A program made the translations under genes and the position numbers. Shown piece after piece: positions 46,334 to 55,911 of a stretch of DNA of 64,000 bases. The stretch is from positions 1 to 64,000 of the forward strand of contig JBGQEL010000013.1 of NCBI GenBank assembly GCA_041496385.1, read 5' to 3'. The stretch's first letter is position 1. Each line of letters opens with the position of its first letter. The DNA is from Candidatus Methylomirabilia bacterium (GTDB taxonomy: Bacteria; Methylomirabilota; Methylomirabilia; Rokubacteriales; CSP1-6). The notes beneath the pieces are model-generated. The model had not been told where the DNA came from and made no database searches. It worked only from the letters and a program-made list of their open reading frames with translations.

Positions 46334-47189
46334 GGTCCTCCAGCTCGTCGTCAACGGCCTCGTGGCCGGCACGATCCTCGCGGTGCCGGCCATCGGCTTC
46401 ACCGCGATCTACGCGGTCCTGCGCTTTCCGAACTTCACGGTCGCGTCCCACGCGACCATCGGCGCGTTCGCGGGCTACGTAGCGAACGTGTCGCTCGGGC
46501 TGCCCGCGTGGGCGTCTGTCGCCGTCGCCTTTCTCGTCGCCGGGGCCGCGGGCGTCGCCAACGACACGCTCGTGCTCCGGCCGCTCCGGCCGGCCGGCGC
46601 GCTGACGACCGCGATCGCCGCGGTCGCCCTCAACATCGCGCTCGAGAACGTCGTCCGCTTCGTGTTCGGCAACGACCTCCGCGGCTACGCGCTGCCGATC
46701 CGGCGCGACTGGGCGTGGGGCCCCCTCCGGATCGGGCCCCAGCAGGTGCAGAACCTCGCGATCGCCGTCGTCGCCATGGCGGCCCTCTTCCTCTTCCTGG
46801 CCAGGACCCGCACGGGCAAGGCGATGCGCGCGGTCGCGGACAACCCGACGCTGGCTGGCGTCAAGGGTGTGAACGCCGACGCGGTCGCCCGGCTCGTCAA
46901 CTTCGTCGGCATGGGCCTCGCCGGGCTCGGCGGGATGCTCCTAGGTCTCGACACGTCGATCGACCCGCTGACCGGCTTCCGCGTGATCCTCTCCGTGTTC
47001 GCCGCGGCGGTCGTCGGCGGACTCGGCTCGATCCCCGGCGCCGTCGTCGGCGCCCTCACGATCGGCCTCGCCGAGGAGCTCTCGCTCTTGGCGCTGGCGC
47101 CCGCGTACCGGAGCGCGGTGGGCTTCTTCGCGATCCTCCTCGTCCTCACGCTCAGGCCGCGGGGGATCCTCGGGGAGCACGCCTATTAG
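46326..47189 (+). CDS. LivH-like permease
   Basis: NGLVAG, GKAMRAVADN, VVGGLGS, LRPRGILG. Confidence 0.88.
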   Translation: MPEVLQLVVNGLVAGTILAVPAIGFTAIYAVLRFPNFTVASHATIGAFAGYVANVSLGLPAWASVAVAFLVAGAAGVANDTLVLRPLRPAGALTTAIAAVALNIALENVVRFVFGNDLRGYALPIRRDWAWGPLRIGPQQVQNLAIAVVAMAALFLFLARTRTGKAMRAVADNPTLAGVKGVNADAVARLVNFVGMGLAGLGGMLLGLDTSIDPLTGFRVILSVFAAAVVGGLGSIPGAVVGALTIGLAEELSLLALAPAYRSAVGFFAILLVLTLRPRGILGEHAY

Positions 47190-47205
47190 GAACTACCTCG
47201 TCGCG

Positions 47206-48087
47206 ATGCTGACCTTCGCCGGGCTCTACGGTCTGCTGGCCCTCGGCCTGAACCTCGTCTGGGGCATGGCGGGGATGATCAACCTCGGCCTCGTCGGCTT
47301 CTTCGCCCTGGGCGCGTACGTCTCGGCGCTGCTCACGCTGAAGGCCGGCGCGCCGATCGTCGCGGGGCTCGCGGCCGCGGCCGTACTGACCGCGGTCGCC
47401 GGCGCCCTGATGGCGCTCGCGACCGCGCGCCTGCGCGGTGACTATCTCGCCATCGTCACGCTGGGCTTCTCCGAGGTCGTGCGGCTCACCGCGAGCAACG
47501 AGATCTGGCTCACCAAGGGCACCGACGGCATCTCCGGGATCCCGGGGCCCTGGCGTGGCCGCGTGGCACCCGAAACGTTCAACCTGATCTATCTTGCACT
47601 CACCGTTCTCGTCGTCGCGCTCGTGTTCTGGGTCCTCGAGCGCGTCCGCTGCGCGCCGTACGGCCGCGTCCTCCGCGCGATCCGCGACGACGACCAGGTC
47701 GCGGCGGTCGCGGGCAAGCGCGTTATCGCCTTCAAGGTGGAGGCCTTCGCGCTGAGCGCGGCGATCCTCGGCCTGGCCGGCGCGCTCTACGGCCACTACA
47801 CGTCCTATATCGCGCCCGAGGCCTTCGCGCCGCTCATCACCATCTATATCGTCCTGGCGCTCACGGCCGGCGGCACCGGCACCAACGGGGGCGCGGTGCT
47901 CGGCGCGCTGCTCGTGGTCTTCTTCATGGAGTCGACACGCTTCCTCACCGGATGGCTGCCGGGGCTCGGGCCCGTCCAGGTCGCCGCGGTGCGCGAGTTC
48001 CTGATCGGCGCCTCGCTGATCGTCGTGCTGCGCTTCCGCCCGGCCGGCCTCCTGCCCGAGCGCCTCCCCCGCGCGGCGGCCTCGTGA
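47206..48087 (+). CDS. LivM-like permease
   Basis: LGLNLVWG, LRGDYLAIVTLGF, GRVLRAIRDD, RPAGL. Confidence 0.88.
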   Translation: MLTFAGLYGLLALGLNLVWGMAGMINLGLVGFFALGAYVSALLTLKAGAPIVAGLAAAAVLTAVAGALMALATARLRGDYLAIVTLGFSEVVRLTASNEIWLTKGTDGISGIPGPWRGRVAPETFNLIYLALTVLVVALVFWVLERVRCAPYGRVLRAIRDDDQVAAVAGKRVIAFKVEAFALSAAILGLAGALYGHYTSYIAPEAFAPLITIYIVLALTAGGTGTNGGAVLGALLVVFFMESTRFLTGWLPGLGPVQVAAVREFLIGASLIVVLRFRPAGLLPERLPRAAAS

Positions 48088-48120
48088 GGTACACTACCGC
48101 CGCCTGAGAAGGGAACGACG

Positions 48121-49170
48121 ATGCCGAAGCCCACGAACGTCTACGTCGGTGCCGCGCGGTGGACGGGCGGAACGCGTGGCGGGCTCCTTCGCCAGTCGGC
48201 GGGGGACGACCGCTGGGAGACCGCCGCCAAGGGGTTGCCCGAGGCGACCGCCGTCCAGGCCATCACCGTGCATCCGGACAATGGGGACGTCGTCTACATC
48301 GCCACCCACGACGGCGCGTACCGGAGCACGGACCGCGGCGAGCGCTGGGAGCGGCTCGGCTTTCCCGAGGGTCTTCAAGTCTGGTCGATCCAGGTCCACC
48401 CGCGCGACCCCCGCATCCTCTACGCGGGCACCTCGCCCGTGGGCGTCTACAGGAGCGACGACGGCGGCGATACGTGGCGCCGCCTGCCGCGGGCCGTGCA
48501 GCCCGATCGCTTGAAGATGTCCTTCGCGTGCCGGGTGATGCGGCTCGCCGTCGATCCCGGCCACCCCGACGAGGTGTACGCCGGGCTCGAGGTTGGAGGC
48601 GTCATGCGGAGCCTGGACGCGGGCGAGACCTGGTCGGACTGTAGTAGCGAGTTGCTCCGGCTCGCCGACCTGCCGCACCTCAAGAGCCGGATCCAGAGCG
48701 ACAGCGAGACCGAGGGCATGCTCGACGCGCACGCCGTCTGCGTGAGCGCGGCCCTGCCGCGCACCGTCTTCCTGGCGGTTCGCATGGGGCTCTTCCAGAG
48801 CGCGGATCGCGCCGAGACCTGGCGCGACCTGGACGTCGGCCGCTTCTCGCCGCTCACCTACGCGCGCGACGTCCGCGTCTCCCCGCAGGACGCCCGCACG
48901 CTCTTCGCCTGCCTGAGCCCGGCTGCGCGCAGCACGGACGGCTCGCTCTACCGGAGTCAGGACCTGGGCCGGACGTGGACGCGCTTCGACCACGGCCTGA
49001 CGCCGCGGAGCACCATGATGAGCGTGGCCCTGCATCCTCAGGACGCGGATCAGGTCTACTGCGCGACGCGCCACGGCCAGGTCTTCGGCACGGGGGACGG
49101 CGGCCGCACGTGGCGCGAGTCGCAGCTGCCGGACGGCGTCCAGGACGTCTACGCGATCGCGTGCGGGTGA
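48121..49170 (+). CDS. BNR/Asp-box repeat beta-propeller protein
   Basis: Repeated S.D.G.TW motifs (STDRGERW, SDDGGDTW, SLDAGETW, SQDLGRTW). Confidence 0.85.
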   Translation: MPKPTNVYVGAARWTGGTRGGLLRQSAGDDRWETAAKGLPEATAVQAITVHPDNGDVVYIATHDGAYRSTDRGERWERLGFPEGLQVWSIQVHPRDPRILYAGTSPVGVYRSDDGGDTWRRLPRAVQPDRLKMSFACRVMRLAVDPGHPDEVYAGLEVGGVMRSLDAGETWSDCSSELLRLADLPHLKSRIQSDSETEGMLDAHAVCVSAALPRTVFLAVRMGLFQSADRAETWRDLDVGRFSPLTYARDVRVSPQDARTLFACLSPAARSTDGSLYRSQDLGRTWTRFDHGLTPRSTMMSVALHPQDADQVYCATRHGQVFGTGDGGRTWRESQLPDGVQDVYAIACG

Positions 49171-49221
49171 GCCGGCAGGGATCCCCCTTCGCGGCGCTCG
49201 CGGTGCCGGGATACCTCGCGG

Positions 49222-50349
49222 CTACAGGCGGTGGATCGGGAAGATGAGCTTTCGGATCGCGTCGACTTGGGCCCGCGCGAACTCCGCGGCGCGCAGGCGC
49301 TTGATATCGGCGGGCGGATCCGGCGGGTCCCACAGGGTCTGCACCGCGAACTCGTAGCGCTCGACGTCCGGCGCGAAGGACGCGGGCAGCGCTGCCGGCA
49401 GCTCGACGCCGTTCAGCACGGCCCACGCCGCGGTCCACGCGCGCGCCACGTTCGGCAGGTCGTAGCCCCCGCCGCCCAGGCAGACGAGCCGCGGCGACAG
49501 CTCCGCGATGCGCGCCACGGCGCGCGCGAACCCCTGCACGTCGAGCTCCAGGTGCGTCAGCGGGTCGGTGCGGTGCGAGTCGATGCCGAGCTGCGCGACG
49601 ACCACGTCGGGGCGGAACGCGTCGAGGAGCGGCGGCACGACCTGCTCGAAGGCCGGGAGATAGACCGACGAGTCGGTGTAGGGCTCGAGCGGGAGGTTCA
49701 CCGAGTAGCCGAGCCCCGGCCCCTCGCCCGCCTCCTCGACGAAGCCCGTGCCCGGAAAAAGATAGTCGCCGCGCTCGTGCGTCGAGATCGTGAGCACGCT
49801 CGGGTCGCCGTAGAACGCGTACTGCACGCCGTCGCCGTGGTGCGCGTCGATGTCCACGTAGGCGACGCGGAGCCCGCGCGATTTCAGATAGAGGATGGCG
49901 AGCACCGCATCGTTGACGTAGCAGAATCCCGACGCGCGCCCCGGCAGCGCGTGGTGGAGCCCGCCCGCGAAGTGGAAGGCGCGCGTCGCCGTGCCGCCGG
50001 CGACGAGCTCGGCGGCCAGGAGCGAGCCGCCCGCGCAGAGCCGCGCCGCGTCCCAGAGACCGGGGAAGACCGGGTTGTCGCCGGGGCCGAGGCCGTAGCG
50101 CCCGGCGTGCGCGGGCGCGACGCCGCCGTTCGAGGCCTTGAGCACGTCGAGGTAGTCCGAGGTGTGCCAGAGCGCGATCGCGGCCTCGGTGGCGGGCTCG
50201 TGGGCGTGAATCGTCGCGTGGGGGAGCGCCGTGAGGCCGTACGCCTGCATGAGCCGCCACGTGAGCCCGAGGCGCTCCATGCGGAGCGGGTGCGCGGGCC
50301 CGTAGTCGAAGTGCCGCCAGGCGTCGGAGTGGATCAATGCGGTCTTCAT
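49222..50349 (-). CDS. acuC: acetoin utilization protein / histone-deacetylase family
   Basis: HP...R, GGLHHA, SGFCYVND, DIDAHHGDGVQ, FPGTG, DSHRTDPL, GGGGY. Confidence 0.9.
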   Translation of the reverse strand: MKTALIHSDAWRHFDYGPAHPLRMERLGLTWRLMQAYGLTALPHATIHAHEPATEAAIALWHTSDYLDVLKASNGGVAPAHAGRYGLGPGDNPVFPGLWDAARLCAGGSLLAAELVAGGTATRAFHFAGGLHHALPGRASGFCYVNDAVLAILYLKSRGLRVAYVDIDAHHGDGVQYAFYGDPSVLTISTHERGDYLFPGTGFVEEAGEGPGLGYSVNLPLEPYTDSSVYLPAFEQVVPPLLDAFRPDVVVAQLGIDSHRTDPLTHLELDVQGFARAVARIAELSPRLVCLGGGGYDLPNVARAWTAAWAVLNGVELPAALPASFAPDVERYEFAVQTLWDPPDPPADIKRLRAAEFARAQVDAIRKLIFPIHRL

Positions 50350-50421
50350 TGGAGCGAGGGCCGCGAGGCCAGGGGCACTCGGTGGGTGGCCTGAGACAGG
50401 CGCGCCGTGGCTGCGTTCCGC
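50350..50421 (-). repeat. dispersed copy of the 84-bp repeat family, ending at the acuC ATG
   Basis: Minus strand GCGGAACGCAGCCACGGCGCGCCTGTCTCAGGCCACCCACCG...GGCCTCGCGG...AATG aligns with 17590-17663. Confidence 0.8.
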
Positions 50422-50428
50422 CCGCGCG

Positions 50429-50947
50429 TCACGTGGTGGGGCTCCGCGCGTGCCGCTTCCACGTCCCGGACTTGCCGCCCGATTTCTCGACGAGCTGGAC
50501 CCTCGCGATCGTCACGCCCTTCTCGACCGCCTTGATCATGTCGTAGACCGTGAGCGCCGCGACGGCGGCGCCCGTGAGAGCCTCCATCTCGACGCCCGTC
50601 TTGTCCACGGTCTTGACGCGCGCCTCGACCGTCAGCTCGCCGCGGCGGAGGTTCTGGGCGAAGGTGACGTCCACGCCGGTGATGCGGAGCGGGTGACAGA
50701 GCGGGATGAGCTGCGGGGTGCGCTTGGCGGCCATGATGCCCGCGAGCCGGGCGACGCCCAGGACGTCACCCTTGGGCGCGTTGCCCCGCCGGATCACCCG
50801 GAGGGTGGCGGGCTTCATCCGCAACACCGCCCGCGCGACCGCTTCGCGTGCCGTCTCGCGCTTGGCCGAGACATCCACCATGCGCGCGGCGCCCTCCGGC
50901 GAGAGATGGGAGAGGCCGCGAAACGAGCCCGCTCGGCGTTTCTTCAG
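50429..50947 (-). CDS. moaC: cyclic pyranopterin monophosphate synthase
   Basis: LSHL..EGAARMVDVSAK, KGDVL, LIPLCH, TGVEMEAL, YDMIKA, KSGGKSG. Start CTG 50947 or ATG 50881. Confidence 0.93.
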   Translation of the reverse strand: MKKRRAGSFRGLSHLSPEGAARMVDVSAKRETAREAVARAVLRMKPATLRVIRRGNAPKGDVLGVARLAGIMAAKRTPQLIPLCHPLRITGVDVTFAQNLRRGELTVEARVKTVDKTGVEMEALTGAAVAALTVYDMIKAVEKGVTIARVQLVEKSGGKSGTWKRHARSPTT

Positions 50948-51171
50948 GCCGTGACGCCGGAGCGGGCGTGCTTGAGGATGGCCTCCATGCGGTCCTTGGC
51001 CATCAGCTTCAGCTTCTTCAGCTCGCTCATCCGCCACTGCTGGTCCGCCGAGAGCGGGGAGGATCGCTTGAGCGCCTCGAGTTCCTGATCGTGGGATCCG
51101 TGCTCGGTGCGGAGGCGCCGGAACTCCTCGTTCTCGGCCATGAGTCGCTCGATGAGGGTCTCCTGGTCCAT
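50944..51171 (-). CDS. YdcH/DUF465 family small coiled-coil protein
   Basis: EFRRL..EH..D, LKKLKL..KD; SD GGAGG. Confidence 0.8.
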   Translation of the reverse strand: MDQETLIERLMAENEEFRRLRTEHGSHDQELEALKRSSPLSADQQWRMSELKKLKLMAKDRMEAILKHARSGVTA

Positions 51172-51258
51172 GCGACGCCTCCTTCGGTGGAGGGTGTGCA
51201 ACTCGCGGTGGTGGCCGACTTTCTTATAGCCCCGCGAGGCGCCGGGTGTCAAGCAACG

Positions 51259-52803
51259 CTACCTCGTCTTCAGCGTCACGTCCTCGTAGGGCGCGGAGTA
51301 GGCGTGCCCGGCGATGAGCCCCAGGGCCGACTCCTGGACCCGCGGGCCGACTCCGTTCAGGAAGGCCAGCTCCCAGATGGGCGCGTACACGACGCGCTCC
51401 TGGAGCAGCTGCTGGAGCCGCTGCAGCGTGACGTCACGGCGCTTGAGGTCGAGCTCGGCCGTCTGCTCTCGGAACAGTCCCTCGATGTCGGGATAGCTGC
51501 CATAGGTGTAGGCGCCGTCGGAGGCGACGAACGCCTCGAGCCGGGTCGCGGCGTTGCCGAACGCTCCGCTGGAGCCCTGGATCAGGTTCTTGAACTTCTT
51601 CTCCGCGTATCCCTTGAAGAAGGCCGCCCGCTCGAGCGGCCGGAGCGTCGTCCGGATCTTGACCGCCTGGAGGTCGTTGACGACGGCCTCGCCCAGGTTG
51701 GCGTAGGATTCGTCGCAGAAGTATTCGCCCGCGGTGAAGCCGTTGGGATAGCCGGCCTCGGCGAGGAGCTGCTTCGCCCGGCTCGGGTCATAGGTCGGCA
51801 CGGGCGGCTGCCAGTAGTATTCGAAGCTGCTCGGAATGATGCTCCCTGTGAGCCTCGAGAAGCCGAGCGTCAGCGCCTCGTTGATGAGCTTCCGGTTGAC
51901 GGCGAGGCTCGCGGCCAGCCGCACCCGCCGATCGTGCCACGGCGACTTCGTGTCCCACTGGTCGGGGAAGTACATCCAGAACGTCCCCTGGATCACGGCG
52001 GGCTTCAGGGTGAGGCCCGGGGAGCGGTTGAGCTCCTCGGCCAGCGCCCCGCGCACGGAGTAGACGATGTCCACCTCGCCGCGCTTGAGGGCGGCCAGGC
52101 GCGTGGACTCGTCGGGGATGACCCGGAAGACCAGGCGCTTGACGCTCGGGCTCTTGCGCCAGAACTGCTCGAACGCCTCGAAGACCAGCTCCACGCCGGG
52201 CGTGAACGAGACGAACTTGTAGGGCCCGGCCCCGATGGGCGCCTTCTTGTAGCCGTCGTCGCCCACCTGCTCGACGTACTTCTTGGGCACGATCCAGCCC
52301 GCGCCGGTCGCGCTCGAGTAGAAGGTCAGGAAGTCCGGCCAGGGCTGCCTGAGGCGGAACCGTACGCGCCGAGGGTCGAGCACCTCGACGGCCGCCACGC
52401 GCTCCTTCAGCGCCCTGTGCGACGTGCCGCGGTAGCGCTCGAAGGAGAACTTCACGTCCTCGGCCGTCACGACCTCGCCGTTGTGGAACCGCGCGCCCCG
52501 CCGGAGCAGGAACTCGTAGGCGAGCCCGTCCTTGGAGGCCGACCACGACTCGGCGAGGCCCGGCGCCTTGGGCTGCCCCGGCATCGGCTTCAGCATCGCG
52601 TCGTGCAGCGCGTACATGATCATGAACGGCGTGATCATGCCGGGCGTCTCGGCGGGATCGAACCACGTCGGCGCGAGCGTGATGTGTACGCCCCAGGTGA
52701 TCTGGCCTTCGGGGCCGGCCGCGCGCGCCGCAGGCGCGGCGGCGAGGACGAGCGGCACGAGGGCGAGGGCGACGAGCACGAGGCGGATCGGGCGGTATCG
52801 CAT
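51259..52803 (-). CDS. peptide/nickel ABC substrate-binding protein (family 5), orphan
   Basis: PGLAESW, FHNG..TAEDVKFS, PIGAGPYK, DRRVRLA. Confidence 0.9.
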   Translation of the reverse strand: MRYRPIRLVLVALALVPLVLAAAPAARAAGPEGQITWGVHITLAPTWFDPAETPGMITPFMIMYALHDAMLKPMPGQPKAPGLAESWSASKDGLAYEFLLRRGARFHNGEVVTAEDVKFSFERYRGTSHRALKERVAAVEVLDPRRVRFRLRQPWPDFLTFYSSATGAGWIVPKKYVEQVGDDGYKKAPIGAGPYKFVSFTPGVELVFEAFEQFWRKSPSVKRLVFRVIPDESTRLAALKRGEVDIVYSVRGALAEELNRSPGLTLKPAVIQGTFWMYFPDQWDTKSPWHDRRVRLAASLAVNRKLINEALTLGFSRLTGSIIPSSFEYYWQPPVPTYDPSRAKQLLAEAGYPNGFTAGEYFCDESYANLGEAVVNDLQAVKIRTTLRPLERAAFFKGYAEKKFKNLIQGSSGAFGNAATRLEAFVASDGAYTYGSYPDIEGLFREQTAELDLKRRDVTLQRLQQLLQERVVYAPIWELAFLNGVGPRVQESALGLIAGHAYSAPYEDVTLKTR

Positions 52804-52864
52804 GAAATCCTCCCGAGGGGCCGGGCGGTGGTTGACAGGATCTGACGCGTCGTCGAGCGGCCCG

Positions 52865-52893
52865 ACTCTAGGCGGGGCGACGACCTGTGTCAA
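52865..52893 (-). promoter_or_regulatory. sigma70-type promoter inside the 3' end of tupC
   Basis: TTGACA (52893-52888), 17 nt, TAGAGT (52870-52865). Confidence 0.7.
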
Positions 52894-54010
52894 GCGCGCC
52901 TCCGGCGGCGGCCGAGGGCTCGGCCGCCGGGCCGAGCAGGTGCGCCGCGCTCGCCTTGAAGACGGCGATGACCGCGACGCCCTCGGCCAGGCCGAGGTCG
53001 TCGACGGAGCGCGGGGTGAGCGTCGCGACGAGACGGAAGCCGACGTCCACGACGACCCGCGTGCCCGGCGCCGAGGGGATGAGGCGCGCGACCGTGCCGT
53101 CGAGCCGGTTGCGCGCGCTCGAGAGCGGGGCCGTCTCCGCCGGCAGCGTCAGCGTCACGTCCTCCGGGCGGATCCCGAGCCTCACCAGCGCGCCGGGCTC
53201 TCCCGCGGCCGCGATCTCCAGCCTCCGTCCCGCCACCTCCACGAGCGTCACACCGCGGTCGCGGCCGAGGACCCGCCCGGTCACGATCGTCTCGACGCCG
53301 ACGAAGCGCGCGACCTCCTCCGACGCGGGCGCGTGGAAGACCCGCGCCGTCTCGTCGAGCTGCAGGACGCGGCCCCGCATCAGCACGGCCACGCGGTCGG
53401 CGAGCGCGCGCGCCTCGCCCCGGTCGTGCGACACGATGACGGTCGTTACATGGTCCGTGCGCAGGATCGCCGCCAGGTCCGGCAGCAGCGCGGCGCGGGA
53501 CGGCTCGTCGAGCCCCGAGAACGGCTCGTCGAGCAGGAGCACGTCGGGCTCGAGCACGAGCGCGCGCGCGAGCGCCACGCGCTGGGCCTGGCCGCCCGAG
53601 AGCGTGCGGGCGCGCCGGCCGCGGAGCGGCGCGATGTTGAGACGCTCGAGCCAGCGGGCCACGCGCGGCTCGCGCTCGCCGGCGGCGACGCCGCGGAAGC
53701 CGAGTCCGAGCGCGACGTTCTCGCCCACGGTCATGTCGGCCAGGAGCGGCTGCTGAAAGACCATCGCCATCCGCCGGCGTTCGGCCAGCGCCTGCGCCGC
53801 GTCCGTCGCGCGGCCGCGGAACCGCACCTCGCCCGCCGTGGGGCGCTCCAGGAGTCCGAGCACGCGCAGGAGCGTCGACTTGCCGCTTCCGTTGGGGCCG
53901 ACGATCGCGAGGACCTCGCCCTCCCGCACCTCGAACGACGGCACGTCGAGCGCGTCGGCGCCGTCGTAGCGCACCCGCACGCCGGCGAGCTCGACGACCG
54001 CCGCCCTCAC
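52868..54010 (-). CDS. tupC: tungstate ABC ATP-binding protein with TOBE domains
   Basis: GPNGSGKS, LSGGQAQR, DEPFSGLD, SSARN TOBE motif, FKAS. Confidence 0.75.
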   Translation of the reverse strand: MRAAVVELAGVRVRYDGADALDVPSFEVREGEVLAIVGPNGSGKSTLLRVLGLLERPTAGEVRFRGRATDAAQALAERRRMAMVFQQPLLADMTVGENVALGLGFRGVAAGEREPRVARWLERLNIAPLRGRRARTLSGGQAQRVALARALVLEPDVLLLDEPFSGLDEPSRAALLPDLAAILRTDHVTTVIVSHDRGEARALADRVAVLMRGRVLQLDETARVFHAPASEEVARFVGVETIVTGRVLGRDRGVTLVEVAGRRLEIAAAGEPGALVRLGIRPEDVTLTLPAETAPLSSARNRLDGTVARLIPSAPGTRVVVDVGFRLVATLTPRSVDDLGLAEGVAVIAVFKASAAHLLGPAAEPSAAAGGALDTGRRPA

Positions 54011-55134
54011 GCCGGGAGCACGTGGATCGAGCCGCGGTGGATCGAGAACTCCCAGTGCCGGTCGCGCTCGATCTCGAGAATCTCGTAGACGAGGTGGGGC
54101 ACCTCGACCTCGAGGTCGAAGTCGCCCTGGGAGGGCGCGCCCGGCTCGTCGAGGCGGAGCCGGAGCGACCACACGGTGCCGAAGTCGGCCTCGTGCACGA
54201 TGCGCCCGCGCATGAGGTTCATGTGGTGCGCGGGATCGGGTACCTGCCTGTCCTTGCGGACGAGCCGAACGTACTCGGGGCGGATGAAGAAGGCGATCGG
54301 GCTCTCGGGCGGCGGCAGGTACGAGCGCGTCGGCGAGTTCACCGCCTCGAGGATCTGGCCGCGCCAGCCGATCTGGATGCGGTCCGGCGCCGCCTTCACG
54401 ACCTCGCCGTGGAGCACGTTGCTGAGCCCCATGATCCGCGCGACGGCCTCGGACGCGGGCTGCCAGAGCAGCTCGGCACGCGGCGCCGACTGGATGACCC
54501 GTCCCTCCTCGTAGACGACGATGCGGTCGGCGAGCCGGTAGGCCTCGGTGAAGTCGTGGGTGACGACCACGGCGGCGGTGCCCCAGGTCTCGAGGACGCC
54601 GCGCAGCTCGTCGCGCAGCGCGCGCCGGAGCGGCGCGTCGAGCGCGGAGAGCGGCTCGTCGAGCAGGAGCAGCGCGGGGTCGATCGCGAGCGCGCGCCCG
54701 AGCGCGACGCGCTGCCGCTGGCCGCCGGAGAGCTCGCCCGGGGAGCGCGCCTCGAGCCCCGCCAGCCCGAGCCGGGCGATGACCTCGCCGGCGCGCCGCG
54801 TCCGCTCGGCGCGCGGCCGGTCCCGGAGCCCGAAGGCGACGTTCTCGGCGACGGTCAGATGCGGGAAGAGGGCGTAGCCCTGGAAGACGTAGCCGATGCG
54901 GCGCCGCTGCGGCGGAAGATCGACGCCGGCCGCGGAGTCGAAGAAGACGCGGTCGTCCACGACGATCCGGCCGGCGTCGGGCCGGATCAGCCCCGCCAGG
55001 CACTGGAGCGTGAGCGTCTTCCCCGCGCCGGAGGGCCCGAAGAGCACCGCGACGCCGTCGCCCGCGCTCCACGAGACGTCGAGCGTGAAACCGGGCAGGG
55101 ACGTCCTGATCTCGACCGAGAGGCGGTGGCTCAC
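54007..55134 (-). CDS. modC: molybdate ABC ATP-binding protein
   Basis: FTLDV, LFGPSGAGKT, LPPQRRRIGYVFQ, LSGGQRQR. Confidence 0.82.
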   Translation of the reverse strand: MSHRLSVEIRTSLPGFTLDVSWSAGDGVAVLFGPSGAGKTLTLQCLAGLIRPDAGRIVVDDRVFFDSAAGVDLPPQRRRIGYVFQGYALFPHLTVAENVAFGLRDRPRAERTRRAGEVIARLGLAGLEARSPGELSGGQRQRVALGRALAIDPALLLLDEPLSALDAPLRRALRDELRGVLETWGTAAVVVTHDFTEAYRLADRIVVYEEGRVIQSAPRAELLWQPASEAVARIMGLSNVLHGEVVKAAPDRIQIGWRGQILEAVNSPTRSYLPPPESPIAFFIRPEYVRLVRKDRQVPDPAHHMNLMRGRIVHEADFGTVWSLRLRLDEPGAPSQGDFDLEVEVPHLVYEILEIERDRHWEFSIHRGSIHVLPA

Positions 55135-55796
55135 GCCGCCCTCGCGCCGAGGCGTCCGGCGAGCACCAGCACGGCGCAGGAGAGCGCGGTGAGCGCCAGC
55201 ACGAGCACGACCGCCTCGCCCATCTCGCCGGTCTGCACCGCCGTGTAGATCGCGAGCGGGACCGTCGCGGTCTTCCCCGGGATGTTCCCGGCGAGCATCA
55301 GCGTCGCGCCGAACTCGCCGAGCGCGCGCGCGAAGGCGAGCACGAGCCCCGCGATGATCCCGTTCCGCGCGAGCGGCAGCGTCACCTCGAGCGCGGTGCG
55401 CCACTCGGACCGCCCGAGCGTGTACGCGGCCCTCTCGAGCTCCCGATCCACCGATTCGATCGCGGCGCGCGCCGTGCGGACGAGGAGCGGCAGGGCCATC
55501 ACCGTCGCCGCGATCACCGCCGCGTACCAGGTGAAGGCGACGCTCCAGCCGGTGAGCCCGTGGAGCGGCGCGCCGAGCCAGCCACGGCGGCCGAGCAGGA
55601 CGATGAGGTAGTAGCCGGTGACCGTGGGAGGGAGCACGAGCGGCAGGGTCACCAGCAGATCGACCAGCGCCCGGCCCCGGAAGCTCCGGCGCGCCAGGAG
55701 GTAGGCCAGCGGAATGCCGAGCGCGGCGTTCAGGAGCGTCGCCACGATCGCGACGCGGACGGACAGGACGAGCGCGCTCAGGGCCTCGGGCGTCAC
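55131..55796 (-). CDS. modB: molybdate ABC permease
   Basis: LPLVLPPTVTGY, FARALGEFGATLMLAGNIPGKT. Confidence 0.92.
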   Translation of the reverse strand: MTPEALSALVLSVRVAIVATLLNAALGIPLAYLLARRSFRGRALVDLLVTLPLVLPPTVTGYYLIVLLGRRGWLGAPLHGLTGWSVAFTWYAAVIAATVMALPLLVRTARAAIESVDRELERAAYTLGRSEWRTALEVTLPLARNGIIAGLVLAFARALGEFGATLMLAGNIPGKTATVPLAIYTAVQTGEMGEAVVLVLALTALSCAVLVLAGRLGARAA

Positions 55797-55911
55797 GCCG
55801 CCTACTATGCCACTACCGGCCGCGGGGGCGCGTTTGTCCCTTCCTCGCCGGGCTCGTGGGCGGGCGGCGGCGGCTCGGAAGCCTCATGGCGCGGAGTATA
55901 TGGCGCGCCGC

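Noticed and set aside
55797..55911. Moco/Tuco riboswitch before modB
   Set aside because: I could not find the characteristic multi-stem pattern or its conserved loops.
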